NCBI GenBank assembly: GCA_964504535.1
Contig: CAZDED010000003.1
Location: 70,850 to 134,849 of the forward strand
DNA length: 64,000 nucleotides
Reading direction: 5' to 3'
DNA from: an uncultured Gammaproteobacteria bacterium
GTDB lineage: Bacteria; Patescibacteriota; Microgenomatia; Levybacterales; GWA1-39-11
Shown here: piece after piece, positions 1 through 9,060 of the stretch
Layout: each line of letters opens with the position of its first letter
Position numbering within the stretch: the stretch's first letter is position 1
Notes under the pieces: generated by a model
Told to the model about the DNA's origin: nothing
Database searches by the model: none
What the model saw: only the letters and a program-made list of their open reading frames with translations
Made by a program: the position numbers and the translations under genes

Positions 1-717
1 GTTATTGATATTTCATCTGGCGAGAAGATTGAGAGCATCCTTACCTATTCACCTAAAAAGACGATGGGTGGAAAATTTGTATTCCTAGCTACCAAGAAAG
101 GAACTGTCAAAAAGACCTCTATCGATGACTTCGGAAATATCAGACGCAATGGAATTATTGCCATAAAACTTGACCCAAGTGATCAGTTGACCTGGGTTCG
201 TCTGTCATCAGGAACGGATGATGTTGTGCTTGTCACAAAGAAGGGTAAAATTATCTCATTTAAGGAAGAGCAAGTAAGAGAAACTGGCCGCTCATCGCAA
301 GGAGTAAGAGGTATTAAGATAGGAGCAGATGATGAGGTTGTTTCGATGGATTTGGTTGCTGGTGGCGACCGCGATGCAGAGCTTTTGGTTGTTGCCGAAA
401 ATGGTCTTGGGAAAAGAACAAAGGTTAGTGCTGTCAGAAATCAAAATAGAGGAGGGCAGGGTGTAAAAATTGCAAATCTTAATGTCAAAACAGGAGATCT
501 GATTTTCTCATCTGTTGTACCACAGCATTCTGCTCAAGTAATTATCACCTCCAAAAAAGGGCAGGTTGTAAGAATACCTCTTAAATCAGTCCCAGTTCTT
601 TCAAGAAATGCGCAAGGTGTAATTCTTATGCGCTTTACAGACAAAACAGAAAAAGTTGGATCTGCTGTAATGGTAACTGAAGAAGACAATTCTGAAGAAA
701 CACCAACCACCCCATAG
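1..717 (+). CDS. gyrA: DNA gyrase subunit A, C-terminal beta-pinwheel (5'-truncated by window)
   Basis: Repeated GyrA CTD blades (TKKGTVKKT, GRSSQGVRGI, RGGQGVK, SRNAQGVILM); frame open from window start. Confidence 0.93.
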   Translation, partial: VIDISSGEKIESILTYSPKKTMGGKFVFLATKKGTVKKTSIDDFGNIRRNGIIAIKLDPSDQLTWVRLSSGTDDVVLVTKKGKIISFKEEQVRETGRSSQGVRGIKIGADDEVVSMDLVAGGDRDAELLVVAENGLGKRTKVSAVRNQNRGGQGVKIANLNVKTGDLIFSSVVPQHSAQVIITSKKGQVVRIPLKSVPVLSRNAQGVILMRFTDKTEKVGSAVMVTEEDNSEETPTTP

Positions 718-849
718 TCTATTAATTGACCCCAAATAGTAGTATAATTACCTGCTCGTTGACAACGGATACGGTACAGTCTGTTCCTACGCCATTAGCG
801 TAACGTACGGATTGTTTTTCGTGACGATGAAACTGTATTGAGGTTTAAA

Positions 850-1329
850 ATGCAACGTGGATATAATCGTGACAGCAGACTAGCAACGATAGCAGGATTT
901 CTTATGGGTATAGGATTTGCCTTACCCTTCGAACTCCTCTTTGCTATTATTGCTGGAAAGGCCCATAACCGACTGATCTTGGGATGCACAGTAATGTGTG
1001 CAGTCGGGATTACAGGAATCGGATGGGGGATTTGGCTGCAAAGCTATTCTTCACACAAACTGTCCGGGTTCGCTCGGATTACAAGGTCCAGAAAGAGGGA
1101 AGAAGTGAATCGTAACGACAATCGCGAAACAAATCTGATGAGCTTTGGATGGATAATCCGTGCTCTAGGAATTTTCGTTTTGATGGGGGTCTGGTTAGTT
1201 GTGTTTGTTAAATTCACCCAAGGTAACCCCATCAACTTCATGATTGCATCTTACTTTATGCTAGGTGCAATCTTCCTGATGCTGCTCGGATATTGCCTCA
1301 GGAAATGGGGTATACACCGACGCGGCTAA
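850..1329 (+). CDS. Small multi-pass membrane protein, apparently two paralogous 2-TM mini-genes (850-1059 and 1105-1329) fused in frame
   Basis: Four hydrophobic segments; similar N-termini (YNRDSRL / VNRNDNRETNL); internal purine-rich RBS and in-frame GTG at 1105. Confidence 0.65.
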   Translation: MQRGYNRDSRLATIAGFLMGIGFALPFELLFAIIAGKAHNRLILGCTVMCAVGITGIGWGIWLQSYSSHKLSGFARITRSRKREEVNRNDNRETNLMSFGWIIRALGIFVLMGVWLVVFVKFTQGNPINFMIASYFMLGAIFLMLLGYCLRKWGIHRRG

Positions 1330-1372
1330 CGTCCCCATCGAGTCCAACTCGATTACAAGGTCCTGAAGGAGT

Positions 1373-1552
1373 ATGGTCGTGACAAATGCAGTTAAGAATG
1401 CTGTCAAGGTCCTCATGGGAGAGGCACGCCGCGAGTTCGCAGAACTCAGTGATGAGGAGTGGAAGGAAACGACCATCGTGGTCGAATTTCTCCCAGGACT
1501 CGTCCTGGGAAAGTTTTCCATGAGAAAGTCCCATCAAGAGAAAGGAAAGTAA
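1373..1552 (+). CDS. Small hypothetical protein, 59 aa (MVVTNAVKNAVKVLMGEARREFAELSDEEWK...)
   Basis: ATG after GAAGGAG, read manually to TAA 1550-1552; below ORF-track cutoff. Confidence 0.6.
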   Translation: MVVTNAVKNAVKVLMGEARREFAELSDEEWKETTIVVEFLPGLVLGKFSMRKSHQEKGK

Positions 1553-1575
1553 CCGTATCCGGTAAAATCAACGAC

Positions 1576-1612
1576 TGGCCCCGAAACCCGAGAGGGTGGA
1601 GGGGCCAAAGTC
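1576..1612 (+). other. Conserved 3' RNA hairpin motif, copy 1
   Basis: TGGCCCC-GAA-ACCC-GAGA-GGGT-GGA-GGGGCCA-AAGTC; near-identical copy at 2115-2151. Confidence 0.75.
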
Positions 1613-1901
1613 TCTCTTCTTCCATTAAAACCATCTCTAACTTCTGACTACTATTCAAAAAATAAATCTAGCATTGTTTCCAAGATCTAAAACCTAAAAA
1701 CCAACAACCTAAAATAGGGAATGATACATCAGTAGAAAATCCAACTATTACAGCATGAAGTATTATTAACCTATAGTACAGTTTGCCCAAAAGGTATATA
1801 ATACGTAGGTTCGTTGAAATAGGTCACCCACCCAATTTGCCTCAATGCGTAGGCAGAAACAGTGGTAACGTTTTTCCCCATGACGGGACACAAGGAGGAT
1901 C

Positions 1902-2084
1902 ATGCTGCAAGCAATTATAACCATATCCTTATGCATGGGTGGTTCAATCCTAGGAGCTCTGTCATTGGAGCTCCTACAGCGCGGCCTTCATGGCTCGACG
2001 ACACAGCAATTCTTCAGGGCACTCAAGGGGGGAATATCCCTTTCTCTAATTGCCTTGGGGATATTCCTCATCTACACGCTGTAG
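1902..2084 (+). CDS. Small 2-TM membrane protein, 60 aa
   Basis: Strong SD AAGGAGG before ATG; two hydrophobic helices. Confidence 0.7.
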   Translation: MLQAIITISLCMGGSILGALSLELLQRGLHGSTTQQFFRALKGGISLSLIALGIFLIYTL

Positions 2085-2114
2085 ACAGAGGAAGTCTTGA
2101 CCCTTCAACGAATA

Positions 2115-2151
2115 TGGCCCCGATGCCCGCAAGGGTAGAGGGGCCAAAGTC
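2115..2151 (+). other. Conserved 3' RNA hairpin motif, copy 2
   Basis: TGGCCCC-GAT-GCCC-GCAA-GGGT-AGA-GGGGCCA-AAGTC. Confidence 0.75.
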
Positions 2152-2160
2152 CAAAAATAG

Positions 2161-2195
2161 TAGTTAGTAGTTAGAAGTTAGAAGTTAGAAGTTAG
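2161..2195. repeat. Heptamer tandem repeat (T/A)AGTTAG x5
   Basis: tagttag tagttag aagttag aagttag aagttag. Confidence 0.9.
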
Positions 2196-2209
2196 AATAT
2201 AATACAACT

Positions 2210-3043
2210 ATGGAAATTAATGGTAAGCAAATTCAAGAAGAATTACTGGTCGATTTAAAACTTAGAATAGCAAACTTAAAAGAAAATGGAGTGACACCTT
2301 GCATTGCAATTGTGACACTAGGACCTGAAGAAACTTGGGAGGCGTATGTGGGACAGAAAATCAAACTTGCAAAAAAGCTTGATATAACAGCAAAACTTGT
2401 AAATCTTAGGCCCACAAATACGGATGACGTACTAGCGGCTATTTCAGAACTAAATTCCGATCCATCTATTCATGGGCTCATAGTCCAACGACCTTTTCCG
2501 ACATATATTGATACAGAAAGAATAATTCAAAGTATATCAAAAGAGAAAGATATCGACGGCTTTAGAAATGACTCTTTATACGAAGTCCCAGTCTGGTTAG
2601 CAGTCAAACACCTTATCAGTCAGGGATCAAAACTGCTAAATGCTCCTGAAATACAGTTTTGGCTGTCAAATCAATCTATTCTGGTCATTGGGAAGGGTGA
2701 AACCGCTGGTACTCCGATCATAAATGGACTCTCAAAAATGCAAATCAAAACTATGGTTATGGATAGCAAAACGTCTGATCGTAACAGTCTATTTGAAAAA
2801 GCAGACATCATAATTTTCGCAACAGGAAAACATATCGATGTACCCTACGAATTACTCAAAAAAAATTGTATCCTTATAGGAATTGGACTACATAGAACTG
2901 AGGGCAAATTAGTAGGTGATTTCGACGAATTTGAGGCTAAAAGTCACGGCTTATATTATACGCCATCACCAGGAGGGGTCGGACCCCTAAACCTCTATTA
3001 CCTTTTTGAAAATCTCGTAACGTCCGCAGAAAAATCCTCTTGA
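2210..3043 (+). CDS. folD: Bifunctional methylene-THF dehydrogenase/cyclohydrolase
   Basis: YVxxK, HGLIVQRP, KDIDG, TPSPGGVGPL motifs. Confidence 0.92.
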   Translation: MEINGKQIQEELLVDLKLRIANLKENGVTPCIAIVTLGPEETWEAYVGQKIKLAKKLDITAKLVNLRPTNTDDVLAAISELNSDPSIHGLIVQRPFPTYIDTERIIQSISKEKDIDGFRNDSLYEVPVWLAVKHLISQGSKLLNAPEIQFWLSNQSILVIGKGETAGTPIINGLSKMQIKTMVMDSKTSDRNSLFEKADIIIFATGKHIDVPYELLKKNCILIGIGLHRTEGKLVGDFDEFEAKSHGLYYTPSPGGVGPLNLYYLFENLVTSAEKSS

Positions 3044-3075
3044 CACTTTTTCCATTTCTTTATAAAGTAGTAGGA

Positions 3076-3390
3076 ATGTCAGAATTCCCTCCTGCAAAAC
3101 CCGACGTTGAAGTAATCCTTAATGCTCAGTCTTTTTTTCGCAAATACCCCACAACCGGCTGGCTTGATAATTTAGCTGATAATGTTGCGAATGAAGCAAA
3201 TACTAGAAAAGGGGCAGAGGTTGATCTCTCAGTCGTCGAACCAGTCCAAGTTGATTTAGGACTTGCAAGATTTGAAGGTTTTGAAAGAACGAATGGTCAA
3301 ATCTGGTGCGGCACCTTTGTTCTTATTCCGGAGGAAGTACCTTGCCCTATACCCGTCGCCCAGTTTACAGTTTCAGAACCCCAAAGTTAA
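3076..3390 (+). CDS. Hypothetical protein
   Basis: ORF; likely ATG 3076 just after a -10-like element. Confidence 0.55.
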   Translation: MSEFPPAKPDVEVILNAQSFFRKYPTTGWLDNLADNVANEANTRKGAEVDLSVVEPVQVDLGLARFEGFERTNGQIWCGTFVLIPEEVPCPIPVAQFTVSEPQS

Positions 3391-3410
3391 TTGGTATAAT
3401 AGATATCTTC

Positions 3411-4460
3411 ATGAAGAAAACGACCAAGATTATTTTTAGTTTGGTGATCCTTTTTGCAGTCATTTTTCTTCTCGCGATTTATTTTACAAGAACTACTTCC
3501 AATACAAAAACTTCAGACGAAAGCTTGGCTGATTCAGCCCAAAGTAAGTACGCAACTTTCCCATTGTCCATAGAGTATCAGAGAAATCAAAGTTATCCAG
3601 GAAGTGATTTTAAGATAGAAAGGACTCTTTCTAATGGAAGTAATTACCACCAATACGTCGCTTCGTATGAGTCTGACGGCCTCAAAATATATGGTCTTTT
3701 GTCGGTTCCAACAACCGAAATGCCGGTCGGTGGATATCCGGCAATTATATTTAACCACGGATATATCCCTCCCGAAGAGTACAGAACAAATGAGCGGTAT
3801 GTCGCTTATTTTGATGGCTTTGCAAGAGAAGGGTACATCGTATTTAAACCCGACTACAGGGGGCATGGAGACTCAGAAGGAAAACCTGAGGGAGCATATT
3901 TTTCTCCAGCCTACATGACAGATGTTTTAAATGCCCTTTCGAGTGTTGAGAAAATGAAAGAAGTAAACAAAGAAAAAATAGGCATGTGGGGACATTCATT
4001 GGGCGGTTTCTTAACCCTAAGAGCGCTTGTAATCACAAAAGATATTAAAGCAGCAGTCATATGGGGTGGAGTAGTGGGGTCTTACAAAGAAATGTCTGAG
4101 GACTGGTGGGCGAAAAGAACTGTCCCCTCATTTACTCCATCTCAAAGAGAACTTCAATCGAACAGACCATCCCGTCAGAATTTCATAAAGCAGTACGGCA
4201 ATCCATCAGACAGTGAGTTCTGGAATGCAATATCAGCAACAACTTATACTGATGACATTACGGCTCCTATTCAACTACATCACGGGCTGTCTGATGAAAC
4301 AGTCCCTTCGACACTTTCGCAAAGATTATATGACCGCCTCGTATCGAAAGGAAAGACAATAGAACTATACACTTACGAAGGCTCCGACCATAATATCTCG
4401 CAAGGCTTTGGACTTGCCATGAGTCGTTCTGTTGCTTTTTTTGCAAAATATCTTAAATAG
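3411..4460 (+). CDS. Membrane-anchored alpha/beta hydrolase (S9 peptidase-like)
   Basis: N-terminal TM; HG, DYRGHG, GHSLGG nucleophile, D...H triad. Confidence 0.88.
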   Translation: MKKTTKIIFSLVILFAVIFLLAIYFTRTTSNTKTSDESLADSAQSKYATFPLSIEYQRNQSYPGSDFKIERTLSNGSNYHQYVASYESDGLKIYGLLSVPTTEMPVGGYPAIIFNHGYIPPEEYRTNERYVAYFDGFAREGYIVFKPDYRGHGDSEGKPEGAYFSPAYMTDVLNALSSVEKMKEVNKEKIGMWGHSLGGFLTLRALVITKDIKAAVIWGGVVGSYKEMSEDWWAKRTVPSFTPSQRELQSNRPSRQNFIKQYGNPSDSEFWNAISATTYTDDITAPIQLHHGLSDETVPSTLSQRLYDRLVSKGKTIELYTYEGSDHNISQGFGLAMSRSVAFFAKYLK

Positions 4461-4514
4461 ACGCTCCAATCCCATTGACCCGTCCAGTATTTTTTTGTAT
4501 AGTGGTCTGTATTA

Positions 4515-5306
4515 GTGATAGCTCAAAAAGTTAAAAAACTTTATAAACTTCTTGCCAAAAGACTTCGAAAAAAACGCTTCCCCGTTTTCCTCATCGCAAG
4601 TATTCTCTTCTCGTGCATTCTAATAACCGTTGGGTTGAGCTCTTATCTTTTCGTAAAAGACGTGCGAGGTGAGAGTGTGCTGGGCACTCAAATTGCGAAG
4701 GTCGAAAAAACTACTACTCTTATAAGTCCCGTTGTTGAGATAAGTTTGATACCGACAAGTTCTCCAGTCCCTACACCAACACCTACCCAAATTCCAATCC
4801 CCACCCAGTCAAAACCAACTCCAACAAAAACAGAAATTCCACAAGGAGGCAACACTGCCCAATACACTGCACAAAAAATAAATGACGTTACATGGAAGGT
4901 CAGCAACCTCATTAATGACGATAGGATGTCAACCCCTCAAGAACTTCTCAATGCTTTAAACTCTTACAGAGGAAGCCATGGCATCGGTAATCTTACATGG
5001 GACCAAAAACTTGGAGACTATGCACAGGGCAGGGCAGATCTTTTCTCAAAGAACGGATCCCTTGATTCTCATGCAGGATTTACTAATTTTATGAACAATG
5101 GTGGGTTTGATATTTCTGGATTTAATTCTCTTGGTGAAAATTCCGCCTATCTTTCAGGACCCATGAATTCTGAAAGGATAGTCAAAAGTATATTTGGGGC
5201 AGATGCATCCCATGATGGCAATCAACTCGATGGATCATGGACTCATGTTGGAATTGGAGTAAATGGACGAGCCGTGAATATTAATTTCGGAAAAAACAGA
5301 AAGTAA
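4515..5306 (+). CDS. CAP/SCP domain protein with Pro/Thr linker
   Basis: TM, PTPTPT linker, LNSYR..HG, GEN, H..N, THVGIG. Confidence 0.85.
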   Translation: MIAQKVKKLYKLLAKRLRKKRFPVFLIASILFSCILITVGLSSYLFVKDVRGESVLGTQIAKVEKTTTLISPVVEISLIPTSSPVPTPTPTQIPIPTQSKPTPTKTEIPQGGNTAQYTAQKINDVTWKVSNLINDDRMSTPQELLNALNSYRGSHGIGNLTWDQKLGDYAQGRADLFSKNGSLDSHAGFTNFMNNGGFDISGFNSLGENSAYLSGPMNSERIVKSIFGADASHDGNQLDGSWTHVGIGVNGRAVNINFGKNRK

Positions 5307-5321
5307 GCAAAGAGGACAGGT

Positions 5322-6008
5322 TTAGGAAACAACGTCCAGTCTGGATCTTAACTTTTCTAATTGTCTTTTTCTTAATTTCAAACGCATATCAGAGGCAATA
5401 ACTTTTCCGGCTTCTGAAAGAAGCTGTTTTGCTTTTTCTTTATCCTTTGAAAGTAAAGCTTCTGCCATGTGCATATAGGCTCCTGACTCCCATACTGCTT
5501 TTGCGTAGTTATCCTTGTCCTCTGAAGATTTTAGCTCAGACAGGGCAGACTCAAACCGGTCCATTGCCGATACGTCACCTTTTTTAAACTCCAAAACTGC
5601 AAGACGGGTTTGCATCTCAGCAGTCATTGCTGGCCGGTCAATATTTTGATCTAGAGCATTTCTATAGTTTATTAAAGCCTCATCATCTTCTCCCATACTT
5701 TCCAACACCTTACCGAAGTTATAAAATGCCACCCCTAATATTGATGGGTCATTTTGTACCCTTGCAAGTTCGACAGAAGCCAGGCCACTATGTTTTGCCA
5801 AAACGAGATAATCCCTCACGCCGGTAGATGCAAAAAGATGTCTATACACGAGTGCTTCGGACGCAGTAATATCAACCAACTTTTCGTATTTGCGTTCGTC
5901 AAAGGTAGCTGTGACAGCGTCAGACAAAAGCTCTAAAGATCTTTTAAAATCGCCACGTTCCCGCGCCTGTTCTGCCTGGATTAGTAGTCCTCTCACATCA
6001 TTGTTCAT
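5322..6008 (-). CDS. TPR-like helical repeat protein
   Basis: Ala/Leu-rich helical repeats (AFYNFGKVLESMGEDDEALINYRNAL). Confidence 0.7.
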   Translation of the reverse strand: MNNDVRGLLIQAEQARERGDFKRSLELLSDAVTATFDERKYEKLVDITASEALVYRHLFASTGVRDYLVLAKHSGLASVELARVQNDPSILGVAFYNFGKVLESMGEDDEALINYRNALDQNIDRPAMTAEMQTRLAVLEFKKGDVSAMDRFESALSELKSSEDKDNYAKAVWESGAYMHMAEALLSKDKEKAKQLLSEAGKVIASDMRLKLRKRQLEKLRSRLDVVS

Positions 6009-6028
6009 ATTGTAATTATACAACTTTT

Positions 6029-6097
6029 TAGGGGTCCGACCCCTATTATAAAAACAGCTCAAAAACAAGTTCAATAATGGTAAGGGTCCGACCCCTA
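6029..6097. repeat. Two copies of palindrome GGGTCCGACCCCTA (REP-like)
   Basis: 6029-6045 and 6082-6097. Confidence 0.8.
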
Positions 6098-6104
6098 AAA
6101 TTAA

Positions 6105-7352
6105 CTAAGGATTTTCTTTTTTGAGGGCATCAACAACACTGTCAGCTGCTGGCTTTTTGCTACCATCAGCCCTAAATATACCAAATTTTTCCTCAATTCT
6201 TTCAAAAAGAGTTTTATCTGACTTTTGATTCGGTTCATCCTTTAACTGATAAGGAAGGAATTTTATTCCGGCTTCTTTGTACGCAATGCTAGCTGCCGTC
6301 AAAACATCCCCTTGCTGTTCTTCGGTATATACTCCCTCTGTCGTCGGCAATCCCACCTCAGCTACCAGAATACCAATGTCTTTATCTCGTTGATGAACAA
6401 AATCACCAAATGCATTTACTAAAGAGGGGAGTGCTTTCGCACTTTCTACGTTTTTAGGATACGTATCTAGAGAATAACTATCTACGTATTTCCCTATGTG
6501 TCCATCGACGCGCTTCCATCTTTCAATGGTTTGTTGATTCATGGGGTAACCAGACAAACTTTGGGTAATTTGAATTGCAGGATTAACACCCCGAATCGCA
6601 GACGAGGCTGCATCAAGCCATCTCTCATATAAATTCAGTTGATCCTCGGTTATCTCTTGGTCAAATGTTCCATAGTTTAGAACATTATGAACATCATACT
6701 CATTACCCGGTTGCAATGTAACTCCGGTAAACTCCTGTGCAATACGAGTATAGTATTCTTTAGTAATACTCAAGTACGTCTCGAAATCAAAATCGTCTGG
6801 TACTTCGGGTGGGGTAGTAACAAAAAAAATTTCAAGTCCCTTAGACTGGGCATAGAGTGAGGCTTCTTTAAAATATTTCAGCTGCTCTTCATTCCATTGG
6901 ACATGTTTTTTGTCCTGCGTCAGACTAGCGACTTCCCATCGGGGAATACCAAACCGTACCTCAGTTTGGTCGTTTTCACTAATGAAGTCTATTTGCTTCT
7001 TAAATTCAGGTAGCTTCGCATAACCAATATTTTCACTGTCATACCCTAAGTGCTGAGTATTAAATCCTGAGTTGATATTATTCTCACCACCAGCAATTTG
7101 CGGGATGGTAATACGATATGGAAGTCCTTGTTTCTGGACCTCAGAAAGTTCTTCTTGTGAAAGAGACAACACGTGATCTGAGGTTTGATCCGTCTGATCA
7201 CCTATTAAGTCCGCTGAATGAGCCTCATTTACGCCCCCCATTAGAAGCGCAGCGGAAGTAAGCAGGGGGATAAATGCCCTTGCTAGTCCTTTTTGTGATT
7301 CGGGCACAGTGGATGGATCTGTTGCTGATAACGACTCTTGAGATGTTTCCAT
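6105..7352 (-). CDS. Putative clan GH-A glycoside hydrolase, membrane-anchored or secreted
   Basis: GNE acid/base motif, AEVG nucleophile-like motif, C-terminal FGIFRADGSKKPA. Confidence 0.65.
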   Translation of the reverse strand: METSQESLSATDPSTVPESQKGLARAFIPLLTSAALLMGGVNEAHSADLIGDQTDQTSDHVLSLSQEELSEVQKQGLPYRITIPQIAGGENNINSGFNTQHLGYDSENIGYAKLPEFKKQIDFISENDQTEVRFGIPRWEVASLTQDKKHVQWNEEQLKYFKEASLYAQSKGLEIFFVTTPPEVPDDFDFETYLSITKEYYTRIAQEFTGVTLQPGNEYDVHNVLNYGTFDQEITEDQLNLYERWLDAASSAIRGVNPAIQITQSLSGYPMNQQTIERWKRVDGHIGKYVDSYSLDTYPKNVESAKALPSLVNAFGDFVHQRDKDIGILVAEVGLPTTEGVYTEEQQGDVLTAASIAYKEAGIKFLPYQLKDEPNQKSDKTLFERIEEKFGIFRADGSKKPAADSVVDALKKENP

Positions 7353-7389
7353 ATTCTAAACAATACTAACACAGATTGGTGTTTTATCT

Positions 7390-7484
7390 TTAGCGTAGCC
7401 AAGTGCTGTTTAAGCGCTTAGCGTAAACGAAGTTTGCGCCAAGCTCTGCTTAGCGTAGCCAAGCTCTGCTTAGCGTAGCCAAGC
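7390..7484. repeat. 20-nt tandem repeat GCCAAGCTCTGCTTAGCGTA (2 perfect plus degenerate copies)
   Basis: Direct reading, immediately downstream of xer stop. Confidence 0.85.
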
Positions 7485-7486
7485 GT

Positions 7487-8422
7487 TCATGAACGTTTAT
7501 TACCACCATGAAATTTCTGATGAACGTTCTTAAGCTGAGGATTTGTTACGTGAGTGTATATCTGCGTAGTGCTGATATTTTTATGACCCAACATCTCCTG
7601 CACAGACCTCAAATCAGCTCCATTATATAATAGGTCTGTCGCAAAACTATGACGAAGACCATGCGGGCTTATTTTTATCGGCAGCTTTGCTATCCTTACA
7701 TATTTTTCAACAATCCGTTCTATTGAGCGGGGAGTGAGCCTCATTCTTTCACCCTGATTTATTGGATCTACCCCTTTTGCGTACCGTATAAAGATAGGCT
7801 GGAAGTTATCCTCACGAGCATCAAAATACTTAGTAAGCCAAAAAATAGCAGCATCAGATAAAAATACAACCCGGGCTCGTCCACCCTTCCCTATGACTCC
7901 AAATTCCTGTGTTTTAAAATTCATTTGATCACGATTTAGTCTACAAAGTTCGCTGACACGAAGACCGGTAGAGAAGAGTAGTTCCAAAATTGCCCGATCC
8001 CTCAACCCTTTTTCCGACGAAATATCCACAGCATTCATGAGCTCTCTAAGGTGATCCCGTCCTAAAAACTTAAGGCTTTTGCTTTCGCCCTTAGGTAAAT
8101 CTATTTTTTCAGGAGAAAGCGTATCTATATCATTTCTTACACAAAACCGCAAGAAAGAGCGGAGCGCAATAATGTGATAACTTTGAGTAACGCGCATGAG
8201 AGTCATTCCCCTATCATCCACGTAATAAGATAGCCAGATTCTGTATTTACGAATGACGTCGATACTGATTTTTTTGAGGGTGATTTGAGGCTGATTTGAG
8301 GCTAGCCATTCAGAAAAACGTTTGAGATAGAATCTGTAGTTACGAATAGTAAGCTTAGAAGCATTTTTTTCAATTTCCAAATATTCCAAGAAAATATTTA
8401 TTTGTTTATCCAAAGGAGACAT
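7487..8422 (-). CDS. xerC: Tyrosine recombinase, XerC/XerD family
   Basis: RD..TGLRVSEL, GKGGRAR, HGLRHSFAT, LGH, TTQIYTH catalytic set; likely ATG 8422; xerC versus xerD cannot be distinguished by eye. Confidence 0.9.
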   Translation of the reverse strand: MSPLDKQINIFLEYLEIEKNASKLTIRNYRFYLKRFSEWLASNQPQITLKKISIDVIRKYRIWLSYYVDDRGMTLMRVTQSYHIIALRSFLRFCVRNDIDTLSPEKIDLPKGESKSLKFLGRDHLRELMNAVDISSEKGLRDRAILELLFSTGLRVSELCRLNRDQMNFKTQEFGVIGKGGRARVVFLSDAAIFWLTKYFDAREDNFQPIFIRYAKGVDPINQGERMRLTPRSIERIVEKYVRIAKLPIKISPHGLRHSFATDLLYNGADLRSVQEMLGHKNISTTQIYTHVTNPQLKNVHQKFHGGNKRS

Positions 8423-8429
8423 TGTTAAC

Positions 8430-8443
8430 ATTATACGACATAA
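8430..8443 (-). promoter_or_regulatory. xer -10 box (TATAAT) overlapped by a dif-like half-site
   Basis: TTATACGACAT 8431-8441 matches dif arms; TATAAT 7 nt before ATG. Confidence 0.6.
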
Positions 8444-8498
8444 CAACAAACAGTTCCTGATTTGCTTATTTTCGCTTCAAATCATATAATCCAGTTAT

Positions 8499-8768
8499 AT
8501 GTTTGAAAAACTAAGAGGAATATTGAACCCATCATCCAAAGAAACAATTTTTACTGCCATGGAAGCTGGTGAAAGCGTTCGTTTGGATGGGCCATTTCTT
8601 GAACAACCACCCTCTTCCAACGTAACCCATAATAATGCGGACGGCACACTAGTAACAGATGGCAACATCCTTTCTGATTCTATGCCAGCAAATACCGCAA
8701 ATAAAACTCCAAGCAGCATAGAAATCGAAGTTATGGCGCATGCAATGGGACGTTTCCTTCAAGGTTAG
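8499..8768 (+). CDS. Hypothetical protein, 89 aa
   Basis: ORF with TATAAT 8 nt upstream of ATG. Confidence 0.6.
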   Translation: MFEKLRGILNPSSKETIFTAMEAGESVRLDGPFLEQPPSSNVTHNNADGTLVTDGNILSDSMPANTANKTPSSIEIEVMAHAMGRFLQG

Positions 8769-9060
8769 TCAGCCTCACTTTATCCCCTCCAGGATGCGAT
8801 TTTAGGCCCCTAAAATATACGAGAGCACTATATGGTCGTCTACTTTTAGTAGCCACGAGTCATTAGACAATAGACAACAGCAAAAAAATCTTTTCCTGTA
8901 TTTTCGAATACTCTAGCAACATCCCATAGTAGAGTAGTGTGCAGGCATAGATAAGCCCGTGCAAAAGAGCGCATGAAACGCTGTAGGGGTGAATTTCTCT
9001 GTAATACAAGACGTAACAACAATTTAACATGCACAGATACCTTAGAGCCAAAATGTTGCT

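Noticed and set aside
850-2151. Integron attC cassette array
   Set aside because: No RYYYAAC...GTTRRRY bounded attC sites; the nearby tyrosine recombinase looks Xer-type and I saw no IntI-type insertion
7487-8422. Prophage or island integrase
   Set aside because: Xer-type size and motifs, adjacent dif-like site, no phage genes or att duplication seen
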